Assembly: GCA_014874185.1 (NCBI GenBank)
Contig: JACWAF010000033.1
Coordinates: 21,234 to 85,233, forward strand
Reading direction: 5' to 3'
DNA length: 64,000 nt
DNA from: Nitrospirota bacterium
Lineage (GTDB): Bacteria > Nitrospirota > Thermodesulfovibrionia > Thermodesulfovibrionales > JdFR-88
The notes beneath the pieces are model-generated. The model did no database searches. It saw nothing but the letters and a program-made list of their open reading frames with translations, and was not told where the DNA came from. Of this stretch, positions 54,707 to 63,370 are shown piece after piece. Each line of letters starts with the position of its first letter. Positions within the stretch are counted from its first letter, which is position 1. A program made the position numbers and the translations under genes.

Positions 54707-55673
54707 GATCGTCTCAACCGGTTCGTATGTCCCCGAGCGCGTCCTCACCAACCGGGAACTGGAACAGATGGTGGACACGTCCGATGAGTGGATCATCGAA
54801 AGGACCGGCATCAGGGAAAGGCGCATAGCCTCCGAGAAGCAGGCCTCCTCGGACTTGGCTTATGAGGCCGCAAAAAGCGCGCTCAAGAGGGCCGGCCTGA
54901 AGCCAAAAGACCTGGACCTGATAATAGTCGCCAGCGTTACGCCCGATATGCCCTTTCCCTCCACGGCCTGCATCCTGCAGGCCAAACTCGGGGCAAAGGA
55001 TGCCGCCGCCCTGGATGTGAACGCCGCCTGCTCGGGTTTCATATATTCCCTTTCAATGGCAAACGCCTTCATAAGCAGCGGCCAGTACCGCTGCGTCCTT
55101 GTCGTCGGCGCCGAGACCCTCTCAAAGATAACCGACTGGGAAGACCGCTCTACTTGCGTGCTGTTCGGGGACGGGGCGGGGGCGGCCATACTTGGACCCG
55201 CTGACGGCGACGCGGGGATACTCTCCGTCCGGCTCCATTCGGACGGCAGCATGGGAGACCTCCTCACCCTGCCGGGCGGCGGCTCCAGAAACCCCGTTTC
55301 AAAAGACACCATAAAAAAGAGGCTCCATTACATAAAAATGAAAGGGAACGAGACCTTCAAGTTCGCGGTAAAAACGCTTGAGAAGCTTGTCGCCGATACC
55401 CTCGCGGAATTCAGGCTGAAGCCATCCGATATCTCGCTGCTTATTCCCCATCAGGCAAATCTGAGAATAATCAAGGCCACAGCCGAGCGTGTGGGGCTGC
55501 CTATTGAAAAGGTCTTCGTGAACATAGACAAATATGGCAACACCTCAGCCGCTTCCATCCCCATAGCCCTCGACGAGGCCGTTAGATGCGAACGCGTCCG
55601 CCCTGGCGATTATTTAATGCTGGAGGCCTTCGGCGGCGGCATTACCTGGGCCAGCGCCTTAATAAGGTGGTAA
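54693..55673 (+). CDS. fabH: Beta-ketoacyl-ACP synthase III
   Basis: TTG start inferred (no ATG). RIVSTGSYVPE, active-site NAACSGF, HQANLRI, GNTSAASIP motifs. Confidence 0.93.
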   Translation: MPRARIVSTGSYVPERVLTNRELEQMVDTSDEWIIERTGIRERRIASEKQASSDLAYEAAKSALKRAGLKPKDLDLIIVASVTPDMPFPSTACILQAKLGAKDAAALDVNAACSGFIYSLSMANAFISSGQYRCVLVVGAETLSKITDWEDRSTCVLFGDGAGAAILGPADGDAGILSVRLHSDGSMGDLLTLPGGGSRNPVSKDTIKKRLHYIKMKGNETFKFAVKTLEKLVADTLAEFRLKPSDISLLIPHQANLRIIKATAERVGLPIEKVFVNIDKYGNTSAASIPIALDEAVRCERVRPGDYLMLEAFGGGITWASALIRW

Positions 55674-55760
55674 AAAGAAAATAAGGGGCTCCGCCCCTTA
55701 AACCCCGCTTGCTTTCTCTTGCAAGAGAAAGTAAGCAAAGAGAACTCTTATCTTTCGCTC
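55674..55760. repeat. Structured AT-rich repeat, family C copy 3
   Basis: AAGGGGC-TCC-GCCCCTT (55683-55699), then GCTTGCTTTCTCT-TGCA-AGAGAAAGTAAGC (55707-55736, one G:T pair), then AAAGAGAACTCTT linker as in copies 1 and 2. Confidence 0.55.
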
Positions 55761-55839
55761 AATAGCCTTGCCACGGAGGATTCCATATAATCCCCTCCCC
55801 CTTGAATGGGGAGGGTTAGGGTGAGAGTGAAAAGTATTT

Positions 55840-55965
55840 GGCCCGTTCGGGGAACGGGCCCTACAGGAAATAGCAGAAAATCTTAACAGGGCTGATCGTA
55901 ACGATCTTAATATAGGGCTTTAGGAAAGGGGGATTTTAAAGTAGGGCCCGCTCCCCGAGCGGGCC
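55840..55965. mobile_element. MITE-like unit with 25-bp imperfect terminal inverted repeats, each arm itself a hairpin
   Basis: The left arm GGCCCGTTCGGGGAACGGGCCCTAC (55840-55864) matches the reverse complement of the right arm GTAGGGCCCGCTCCCCGAGCGGGCC (55941-55965) at 23 of 25 positions. The ~76-bp core is AT-rich. Confidence 0.5.
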
Positions 55966-55991
55966 GGCTCGTTTCAGCGGGCTGGCCATTA

Positions 55992-56029
55992 ATAAAAAAA
56001 CCGCCGCAAGGCGGATTACCTCGCGGCGG
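55992..56029 (-). terminator. Rho-independent terminator downstream of the SPFH/NfeD operon
   Basis: On the minus strand, GC-rich hairpins (CCGCC-TTGC-GGCGG, or the alternative GCCGCCGC...GCGGCGG) are followed by TTTTTTTATT, about 60 nt after the SPFH gene stop. Confidence 0.65.
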
Positions 56030-56088
56030 CTGAAAAATCCCTTGCAGGGCGGACAATCCTTAGTACTTTTCCCTTAAAGGGAAATCTT

Positions 56089-56865
56089 TTACTTTCCCTC
56101 TTCCTTCTTGATTATCTTCTCGTAAAACGGCCTCAGGATGTCTATGGGTATGGGGAAGAGGATGGTAGAGTTTTTCTCGGTGGCGATCTCCGCGAGTGTC
56201 TGCAGGAACCTGAGCTGCAGAGTCATCGGATTGGTGGCCATAATGTTAGCTGCTTCGGTAAGCTTCTCCGAGGCCTGGTACTCGCCCTCGGCGTTGATGA
56301 CCTTCGCGCGGCGCTCCCTTTCGGCCTCGGCCTGGCGGGCTATGACGCGGAGCATCTCCTGCGGCAGGTCAACATTCTTCACCTCGACAGCGGTGACCTT
56401 CACGCCCCAGGGTTCGGTCTGAAAATCTATCACTTTCTGAAGCTCTGCGTTCAGTTCCTCACGTTTGGCCAGGAGGTCGTCAAGCTGGCCCTGGCCAAGG
56501 ATGCTCCGCAGGGACGTCTGGGAGATCTGGCTTGTGGCGTAGAAGAAGTCCTCCACGTCGGTTATGGCCTTAACGGGGTCTATGACGCGGAAGTAGAGGA
56601 CCGCGTTCACCTTCACTGTGATGTTGTCCCTGGTTATTACATCCTGCGAGGGGACGTCCATGGTAATCGTCCTCAGGCTCACCTTCACCAGCTTATCGAG
56701 GATAGGCCAGATTATGACCAGGCCGGGGCCTTTTACGGGTATGACACGCCCAAGCCTGAAGACTACGCCCCTTTCGTACTCCTTCAATATCCGTATTGCC
56801 GAAGTAAGGAAATAGAGCACTACGAATATTGCCGCCAGAAAGCCTATGAGAGTAGATGTGATCAC
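56089..56865 (-). CDS. SPFH/band 7 (stomatin-like) membrane protein
   Basis: N-terminal TM helix. [37 protein letters not shown] motifs. Confidence 0.9.
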   Translation of the reverse strand: MITSTLIGFLAAIFVVLYFLTSAIRILKEYERGVVFRLGRVIPVKGPGLVIIWPILDKLVKVSLRTITMDVPSQDVITRDNITVKVNAVLYFRVIDPVKAITDVEDFFYATSQISQTSLRSILGQGQLDDLLAKREELNAELQKVIDFQTEPWGVKVTAVEVKNVDLPQEMLRVIARQAEAERERRAKVINAEGEYQASEKLTEAANIMATNPMTLQLRFLQTLAEIATEKNSTILFPIPIDILRPFYEKIIKKEEGK

Positions 56866-58169
56866 TTGATTCCTCCTTGCTGAAATTTCCTGACCTTCAA
56901 TTTGAGCCCCTGCATGGACTCCACTATGATTTTTTCTTGTTTTGGGATTTTTTCATCCGAAAAGGCCGACCATATCTCCCCGTGGACAAGCACCATCCCC
57001 CCTTCGGGGCCGATATCCGAGCTTGCGGTCCCCTCTTCCCCTTTAAGCCCCTCCTTGCCGGTCAGGGGTTTTCGCCTGTAAGCCTTCAAGGCAAGCCGTA
57101 TGGTAAACGCAAAGAAAAGGGCCGTGATCAGCACCGCCGGAATCACGAACGAGAGGGAAAGCCTTATGAACGGCCCACCCATATCAAAGAGCATCAGCGA
57201 ACCTATTAGCATCGAGATTATGCCTCCCAGCGTAAGCACCCCGTGCGAGGTTATTTTTATCTCCAGGACGAAAAGTATTATGGCGAGGATTATCAGGAGA
57301 AGTCCCGCGTAATTTACCGGAAGGGTCTGGAAGGAGTAGAATGCCAGAATCAGCGAGATCGCCCCAATCACCCCGGGGAATATCGCTCCCGGGCTGACAA
57401 ACTCGAAGAAGAGCCCGTAAAAGCCGAGGAGCATTAAAATATAGGCCACGTTGGGGTCGCTTATCACCGAGAGTATCTTCAGCCTGAGGCCCATTTCGCG
57501 GGTGACGATTTTTGCCCCTTTGGTATCAAGCACCCTGGGGCCGGAGGCGGTCTCAACCTTTCGTCCGTCCATTTCTTTTACGAGGTCGCCCGTATTGTTG
57601 GCTATCAGGTCAATAACGTGCAGGTTCAGGGCTTCGGTATCGGTTATCGAGACGCTGTTGCGCACGGCGGCCTCGGCCCATTCCGCGTTCCTGCCGCGCT
57701 TTTCGGCAAGGCTCTTTATGAAAGCCACGGCATCGTTGGTGACCTTTTCAGTCATCGTCCTGCTCATCTTCTGCCCCATTGAGACCGGGTGGGCCGCGCC
57801 GATGTTGGTCTCCGGGGCCATGGCCGCCACCTGGGCCGCCATGGTGATGAACACCCCAGCCGAGGCCGCCCTGGCCCCGCTGGGGGACACATAGACCACA
57901 ACAGGCACATCGCTGGCCAGCATGGATTTGATTATCGCCCGCATCGAGGTGTCAAGGCCGCCCGGGGTGTCCAGCCTTATGATAAGCGCTTCGTCGTTTT
58001 CCTTGTTTGCCCTCTGGATATTTTTATCCATGAACTCGGCGGCAACGGGATTTATAATCCCTTCATATTTTATCGCTACGATATCCCTGGCGGTTGAGGC
58101 CCTTACGGGCAGGAATGCAATGAGCAGGATAAGGAAAACAAGCCCCGCGGGTAGAAATTTCCGCACCAT
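56862..58169 (-). CDS. NfeD-family membrane-bound ClpP-class serine protease
   Basis: Signal/[16 protein letters not shown], four central TM helices and a C-terminal OB-like domain. 4-nt overlap with the SPFH gene, the classic pair. Confidence 0.85.
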   Translation of the reverse strand: MVRKFLPAGLVFLILLIAFLPVRASTARDIVAIKYEGIINPVAAEFMDKNIQRANKENDEALIIRLDTPGGLDTSMRAIIKSMLASDVPVVVYVSPSGARAASAGVFITMAAQVAAMAPETNIGAAHPVSMGQKMSRTMTEKVTNDAVAFIKSLAEKRGRNAEWAEAAVRNSVSITDTEALNLHVIDLIANNTGDLVKEMDGRKVETASGPRVLDTKGAKIVTREMGLRLKILSVISDPNVAYILMLLGFYGLFFEFVSPGAIFPGVIGAISLILAFYSFQTLPVNYAGLLLIILAIILFVLEIKITSHGVLTLGGIISMLIGSLMLFDMGGPFIRLSLSFVIPAVLITALFFAFTIRLALKAYRRKPLTGKEGLKGEEGTASSDIGPEGGMVLVHGEIWSAFSDEKIPKQEKIIVESMQGLKLKVRKFQQGGIK

Positions 58170-58221
58170 GGACTATTCTATATCAAAGAGGGGCTTAAGT
58201 GGTGAAAAGGAAAGGCGAAGT

Positions 58222-58389
58222 TCAGGTAATCTCTTTCTTTTCCGCTTCCGCCCCGCTCTTCGGAGGCTCTGGTTTGCAGACCGGACAATATGGCTCGCCC
58301 AAATCCAGAGGGCAAACATGCCCTCATTCCGGGCAGCAGACGCACTTTGAAATCGGGTTGTCGCATACGGGACAAATTTGTTCTTCCAT
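58222..58389 (-). CDS. Candidate small Cys-rich protein (55 codons) containing an in-frame TGA in a C-x-x-U context; hypothetical
   Basis: The minus strand reads ATG(58389) MEEQICPVCDNPISKCVCCPE-TGA(58326-58324)-GHVCPLDLGEPYCPVCKPEPPKSGAEAEKKEIT-TGA(58224-58222). The two CPVC knuckles lie on opposite sides of the TGA. TTGAAT-N18-TATAAT ends 6 nt before the ATG. Too short for the ORF track. Confidence 0.3.
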
Positions 58390-58500
58390 CTGAAAATTAT
58401 AATTCAGCTGGCCGGGTTTATTCAATAAAGGGCCGGGTTAAGATTACAAATGCATCCCGAAGTGGTAAAATAAATTTTATATGACCTATCAGGAGTTGCT

Positions 58501-59535
58501 ATGAAAGAGGCAATGCTGTATGAAAGGCTTGAAGGAGGCAGGGTACACTGTTATCTTTGCGCCCACAATTGCCGGTTCGGCCCCGGAAAACGGGGCATCT
58601 GCGCGGTGCGGGAGAATATCGACGGCGGTCTTTATACCCTTGTTTACGGGAAGGTGGCGGCCGCCAACATAGACCCGATAGAGAAAAAGCCCCTTTTCCA
58701 TTTTCTTCCTGGTTCGAAGAGTTTTTCCATAGCCACGGCGGGGTGCAACCTGAGATGCATGCACTGCCAGAACTACGAGATATCACAGCTCCCGCGCGAA
58801 AGGAGGGACTTGGAGATACCCGGCACGGATATGTCCCCGGAAGAGGTGGTCTCGCTTGCGGCCTCGGCTGGCTGCGGGAGCATTTCCTATACGTATACCG
58901 AGCCGACTATTTTCATGGAATTCGCCTATGACTGCATGAGGCTCGCCCGGGAGAGGGGGATGAAGAACGTTTTTGTGAGCAACGGTTTCATGAGCCCGGA
59001 GGCGGCAAATTTCATCGCCCCCTATCTTGACGCCAACAACATAGATATGAAGGGGGACGACGATTTTTACAGAAAGGTCTGCGGGGCGAGGCTTGGGCCG
59101 GTAAAAGAGACAATAAAGACCATGCATGAAAAAGGGGTCTGGGTGGAGGTTACCACATTGGTAATACCGGACTACAACGATTCGGACCAGGTGCTCTCTG
59201 ATATCGCCCGTTTTGTAAAGGGTGTAAGCCCGGATATTCCCTGGCACGTGTCGCAGTTCTATCCCGCCTACAAGCTTCTGGATAAGCCCCGCACCCCGAT
59301 AGACACCCTGAAAAGGGCCAGGCAGACAGGGCTGGATGCCGGGCTCAAGTTCGTCTACATGGGAAATGTCCCCGGAGAAGGGGAAGACACCGTTTGCCCC
59401 TCCTGCGGGGCCCCGGTGATAGAGAGGATAGGGTTCACGATAATGAAAAACCGGCTTGAAAAGGGGAAATGCCCGTCCTGCGGGCGGAGCCTGCCCGGCA
59501 TCTGGGCAGTGGAGCAAGCCGGGGTTGCAGGATAA
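58501..59535 (+). CDS. AmmeMemoRadiSam-system type radical SAM enzyme (PflA-like activase family)
   Basis: AGGAG then ATG. N-terminal C.LC.H.C......GIC, radical SAM CNLRCMHCQN, C-terminal CPSCG...CPSCG. Confidence 0.85.
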   Translation: MKEAMLYERLEGGRVHCYLCAHNCRFGPGKRGICAVRENIDGGLYTLVYGKVAAANIDPIEKKPLFHFLPGSKSFSIATAGCNLRCMHCQNYEISQLPRERRDLEIPGTDMSPEEVVSLAASAGCGSISYTYTEPTIFMEFAYDCMRLARERGMKNVFVSNGFMSPEAANFIAPYLDANNIDMKGDDDFYRKVCGARLGPVKETIKTMHEKGVWVEVTTLVIPDYNDSDQVLSDIARFVKGVSPDIPWHVSQFYPAYKLLDKPRTPIDTLKRARQTGLDAGLKFVYMGNVPGEGEDTVCPSCGAPVIERIGFTIMKNRLEKGKCPSCGRSLPGIWAVEQAGVAG

Positions 59536-59619
59536 CAACCAGCAGATTGTAGAAACAACAGTTGTTTTTAGGACATAATCTAAACTGGTCTCGATTATGC
59601 TATGGGGAAAAGGAGTGAA

Positions 59620-59988
59620 ATGTTTAAAAGCGAAAAGGCAATAGGCGCCCTGATCAGGCAATTAAGGAAGTCGTCCGGCATGAGCCAGATGCAGCTCGCG
59701 GAAAAGATCGGGGTCTCGTACCAGCAGGTGCAGAAATACGAAAAGGGCATAAACAGGCTGAGCATATCCAGGCTGAAGCAGATTGCCGGCGCCCTTGGCG
59801 TAATGGTGAACGTATTTCTGGATGACGTGGAGCCCCTGGCGGTAGGAGAGGGCAGGGCCGCTTATGGCGGACTGTCCAACGAGGAAGCCAAGCTCCTGAT
59901 GCTTTTCAGAAGGCTGCAGAGCAAGAAGCTCAAAAACGGCTTTGTAGAGATGCTCGAAGACGTGGTGAAGCTGTCAAACAGGAAGTAG
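59620..59988 (+). CDS. XRE-family helix-turn-helix transcriptional regulator
   Basis: AAGGAG then ATG at 59620. LRKSSGMSQMQLAEKIGVSYQQVQKYEKG HTH_3 pattern. Confidence 0.8.
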   Translation: MFKSEKAIGALIRQLRKSSGMSQMQLAEKIGVSYQQVQKYEKGINRLSISRLKQIAGALGVMVNVFLDDVEPLAVGEGRAAYGGLSNEEAKLLMLFRRLQSKKLKNGFVEMLEDVVKLSNRK

Positions 59989-59989
59989 C

Positions 59990-60430
59990 TCAGAGCGCCA
60001 GCGCCATCAGCACGGCGTCCTCAAACGGCTGTATGTAGTAAAGTTTTCTGCGGCCAACCTCCCTGAAACCCGCGCTCTCGTAAAGCTTCCGGGCCGCTAT
60101 ATTGGAATCTCTCACCTCCAGGTAGACATAAAGGCATCCGTTTTCCTTCATCTTCTGAAGGACGTGCTTCAGAAGCGACCTGCCTGTACCCGACCTCCTG
60201 TGCGCTGGATGCACCGTAAGATTCAGGATATGGCCCTCGTCCATCTGCCAGGAGGCGCAAACGTAGCCGACCACGGCGCCGTCCATCAGGGCGGCAAAGG
60301 AAAGGCCGTAGGGGTTGCAGAGCTCGCTTTTGAACGAGGCCTCGGACCAGGGCATGGTATAGCTTTCCCTTTCGATCTTCATCACGGAGGGCAAATGGGC
60401 ATATGAGAGCGGTTCTATTGTGATGTTCAA
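59990..60430 (-). CDS. rimI: Ribosomal-protein-alanine N-acetyltransferase (GNAT)
   Basis: 146 aa. IE..S...PWS, L.V.P..RR.G.G..LL acetyl-CoA motif. TTG start in a TTGA overlap with the tsaB stop. Confidence 0.8.
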   Translation of the reverse strand: MNITIEPLSYAHLPSVMKIERESYTMPWSEASFKSELCNPYGLSFAALMDGAVVGYVCASWQMDEGHILNLTVHPAHRRSGTGRSLLKHVLQKMKENGCLYVYLEVRDSNIAARKLYESAGFREVGRRKLYYIQPFEDAVLMALAL

Positions 60431-61125
60431 GCCTGCTTTCCTTTAAGCTTCAGTTCGGCTTCGCTTCTGCGGATGTAAAAAGGGCCGAGGCCGGCCGGGT
60501 CGCTGAACGCCCCTTCTAATGCCATTTTATACCCGATAAGGGCCACATTGACGGGGGATGGGTAAAGCATGGGCGCGGGGGCGAAAAGGGCATTTTCTCC
60601 CAGATGCCCAAGGAATTCGTCCTTGTATAAAAGAGCGCCTTCGCCGGTGAGCAGCACCTGCTTAAAAACCGAAAGGTCCCGCGCCCACTCGGAGGGGCTC
60701 TTCACTCCTTCAGGGACAAGTCTCCGGAAGCCGCCCTCTTTCCATTCAAAAACGGCGCCGTATAGCTCTTTTTTGCGGGCATCGAAAAAGGTACAGACCG
60801 GGACGGGAGAGAATGGGAGGTTCCATGCGAGGGCCTCCAGCGTGGGGACCGCAGTCACTGGTTTTCCGGCTGCGAACGCCAACCCTTTTACAAGCGAAAG
60901 CCCCACCCTCAAGCCGGTGAAAGAGCCCGGCCCGGCTGAGAAGGCAATCACGTCCACATCCCCGATGGCAAGCCCCGCCGTTTTCAGGAGATGGTCAAGC
61001 CCGGGCAGGAGCCTTTCTGAATGCGTGACCTTCACGTTCATCCTCAGCTCCCCTACCAGGCGCCCGTCTTCCAGCAGGGCCACCCCGCCGGTAAGCGTGG
61101 CCGTCTCGATGCCGAGCACGATCAT
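60427..61125 (-). CDS. tsaB: tRNA t6A biosynthesis protein TsaB
   Basis: ATG at 61125 (MIVLGIETAT) in an ATGA overlap with the MFS stop. GPGSFTGLRVG motif. The longer ORF to 61368 overlaps the MFS gene. Confidence 0.88.
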   Translation of the reverse strand: MIVLGIETATLTGGVALLEDGRLVGELRMNVKVTHSERLLPGLDHLLKTAGLAIGDVDVIAFSAGPGSFTGLRVGLSLVKGLAFAAGKPVTAVPTLEALAWNLPFSPVPVCTFFDARKKELYGAVFEWKEGGFRRLVPEGVKSPSEWARDLSVFKQVLLTGEGALLYKDEFLGHLGENALFAPAPMLYPSPVNVALIGYKMALEGAFSDPAGLGPFYIRRSEAELKLKGKQA

Positions 61126-62330
61126 ATCAGCGTCTCCCTGAGCCGCGCTCCCATTAAAAGGGACAATATCAGGCAAAGTGAAGATGAGATGGCGAGGGCC
61201 TGCGGGGTGCCCATGAGGTCCGCAGCGGCCCCAAGGAGGGTATTGCCGATCGGGGCCATCCCGATGAAGACCAGGGTGTAAACGCTCATGACCCGCCCCC
61301 TCAGTCCGTCGCTGGATTTTAGCTGAATGCCGCTGTTTGTAAGGGCCAGATAGCTGACAAGGGACCACCCGGTGATGACGAGGATCCCCATGGAAAGGAA
61401 AAAGTTTTTCGAGAAGGAAAAAGCCAGGAGAGAGGCCGGGAAGACCACGGCCGAGGTCTTGATGAACGATAGCTGTTTGCGGGGCCCACCCCTGTAAGCC
61501 AGGAAAACGGCGGCCAGGAAAGCCCCCAGCCCCGCCGAGCCCGCCAGGAACCCCAGCCCCTTCGGGCCCGTTTTCAGTACCTCAACGGCAAAAACGGGCA
61601 GAAGGCTTATGAAGGGGATGGCCAGGAGGCTGAAGATGCCGGTTATGGCCAGAAGCGACCGTATGTAGCCTTCGCCCCGTATGAACCGTATCCCTGCCAG
61701 GAGGTCCTCGACAAGGCCGTTCTTCTTCCCTGTTTGGATTGTCCCCCTCGACTTTATCATTATAAGCGCGATTATAACGGCAAAAAAACTGAGGGCGTTC
61801 AAATAGAAGCAGGCCGGCAGCCCCAGGTAGGCTATGGTGAAGCCCGCTATTACCGGCCCGATTATCCTTGCCACGTTTAAGGCGGCGGAATTCAGGGCGA
61901 TAGCGCTTACCAGACTGTCCTTCTCAACCAGCTCGGCGAAAAAGGATTGCCTTGACGGCATGTCAAAGGCGTTCACTATTCCGAAGAAAGAGACAAACGC
62001 CATTACTTCCCAGACATTTATCCGGCCCATCTGGGTAAGTACGCCAATCCCAAGCGCCGGCAGGACCGAGAGCCCCTGCGTCACTATCATCAGGTTTCTC
62101 TTCCGGAACCTGTCGGCGGCCACCCCGCCCGCGAGGCTTAAAAGGAGCACCGGAAGGGACGAGGCGGCGGCCACCAGGCCCAGGTACAGTGGAGACCTGG
62201 TCAGCGAGTAGACAAGCCATCCCTGGGCGGTCGAGTGCATCCACGTGCCGGAAAACGATATTATCTGCCCGATCCAGAAGAGTCTGAAATCTCTCTTGTG
62301 AAGGGCGGGGAACCTGCCCGTTTCTTCCAT
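61122..62330 (-). CDS. MFS transporter
   Basis: 402 aa with about 12 TM helices. GGVAADRFRKR loop motif between TM2 and TM3. Confidence 0.85.
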   Translation of the reverse strand: MEETGRFPALHKRDFRLFWIGQIISFSGTWMHSTAQGWLVYSLTRSPLYLGLVAAASSLPVLLLSLAGGVAADRFRKRNLMIVTQGLSVLPALGIGVLTQMGRINVWEVMAFVSFFGIVNAFDMPSRQSFFAELVEKDSLVSAIALNSAALNVARIIGPVIAGFTIAYLGLPACFYLNALSFFAVIIALIMIKSRGTIQTGKKNGLVEDLLAGIRFIRGEGYIRSLLAITGIFSLLAIPFISLLPVFAVEVLKTGPKGLGFLAGSAGLGAFLAAVFLAYRGGPRKQLSFIKTSAVVFPASLLAFSFSKNFFLSMGILVITGWSLVSYLALTNSGIQLKSSDGLRGRVMSVYTLVFIGMAPIGNTLLGAAADLMGTPQALAISSSLCLILSLLMGARLRETLI

Positions 62331-62476
62331 AGAGCTTTATTTTACATTATCGTCCGCTGAAAGCAGCCCGGGGGCCCTGAAAGTTGCGGTAAATTGAGCG
62401 GATATGCCAAAATAGCACTTGGTTTAATGCCAAATCGACCGTGTCCCGGAGGGGCCCGGCAAGGAGGAATTTCGAG

Positions 62477-63370
62477 ATGAGGTCTGGTCTTTACAGGATT
62501 CTGTCTGCGGCGGCCCTGCTTTTGCTTATAGCGGGGTGCTCAAAGCCGGCCGCCATAGTGAACGGAGAGAAAATATCCAAAAAGGAATTCAATAAGGCCC
62601 TGGACAACAGGATGAAGGTGATGGTCCGCATGGGGATCAGCGCCGATAAGGCCTCGCTTGCCAATACGGTAATGCACGAGCTTATCAGCGATAAGCTTTT
62701 GATGCAGGAAGTGAAAAGCAGGAAGCTCGATGTGCCGGATGTGGATGTGGAGGCCGCGGTAAGGAACATGGAGGTAATCTCCGGCGGCAAGGACAAGCTT
62801 GAAGCCAACCTGAAGCAGAACGGCATCAGCAAAGAGTCCTTCAGGAAGGAAGTGAAAAAAGACCTGCTCATCCAGAAGCTGGAGGAGACCCTTCTGCCAG
62901 ACAGCGCGGTGACCGACGAGGAAGTCAGGAATATCTACGACACCCAGCCGCAGATGTCCGTCACGCCTGAAAGGGTGAATATGAGGTTCATCGAGACCAG
63001 CTCCGAAGACCGGGCCAATGCGATCGCCGCCGATATGAAAAAAGAGAAGCTCGGCTTCGACCAGGAGGCGGCAAAGCTTGCGGGTGACAAGGACGTCAGG
63101 GTGAGCGAATACGGCTGGACGGAGCTTGTCCTGGGCCCCGTGATCGACAAGGCCCTGAATGAGCTTAAGCCGGGTGAGACCGGCGGCCCCTACAAGGGAG
63201 GACAGGACTATTACATGCTGACCGTAAAGGGGAAAGAGCCGGCCCGGAAGCTGAAGTTCGAGGAGGCAAAGGACAAGATAAAACAGCTTGCCCTTGAACA
63301 GAAGAGGCAGGCCGCGCTGATGAACCTCCTTGGCGAAAAGATGAAGGAAGCCAGGATACAGACCTTCTGA
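62477..63370 (+). CDS. SurA/PrsA-like lipoprotein chaperone with degenerate parvulin-like region
   Basis: AAGGAGG (62461-62467) then ATG at 62477. Lipobox LLIAGC. SurA_N-like helices (INGEKISKKEF...). The C-terminal region is only weakly parvulin-like. Confidence 0.65.
   Translation: MRSGLYRILSAAALLLLIAGCSKPAAIVNGEKISKKEFNKALDNRMKVMVRMGISADKASLANTVMHELISDKLLMQEVKSRKLDVPDVDVEAAVRNMEVISGGKDKLEANLKQNGISKESFRKEVKKDLLIQKLEETLLPDSAVTDEEVRNIYDTQPQMSVTPERVNMRFIETSSEDRANAIAADMKKEKLGFDQEAAKLAGDKDVRVSEYGWTELVLGPVIDKALNELKPGETGGPYKGGQDYYMLTVKGKEPARKLKFEEAKDKIKQLALEQKRQAALMNLLGEKMKEARIQTF

Noticed and set aside
58178-58375. 65-aa minus-strand ORF from the track (MSRMRQPDFKVRLLPG...)
   Set aside because: Motif-free translation. 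The alternative frame across the same DNA gives a Cys-patterned peptide with paired CPVC knuckles and better start context, so that frame is the one reported, still at low confidence.
59536-59619. Weak AT-rich hairpin plus T-run (GAAACAAC-A-GTTGTTTTT) after the radical SAM gene, as a possible terminator
   Set aside because: The stem is short and AT-rich with a loop too small to fold well. Not reported as a feature.
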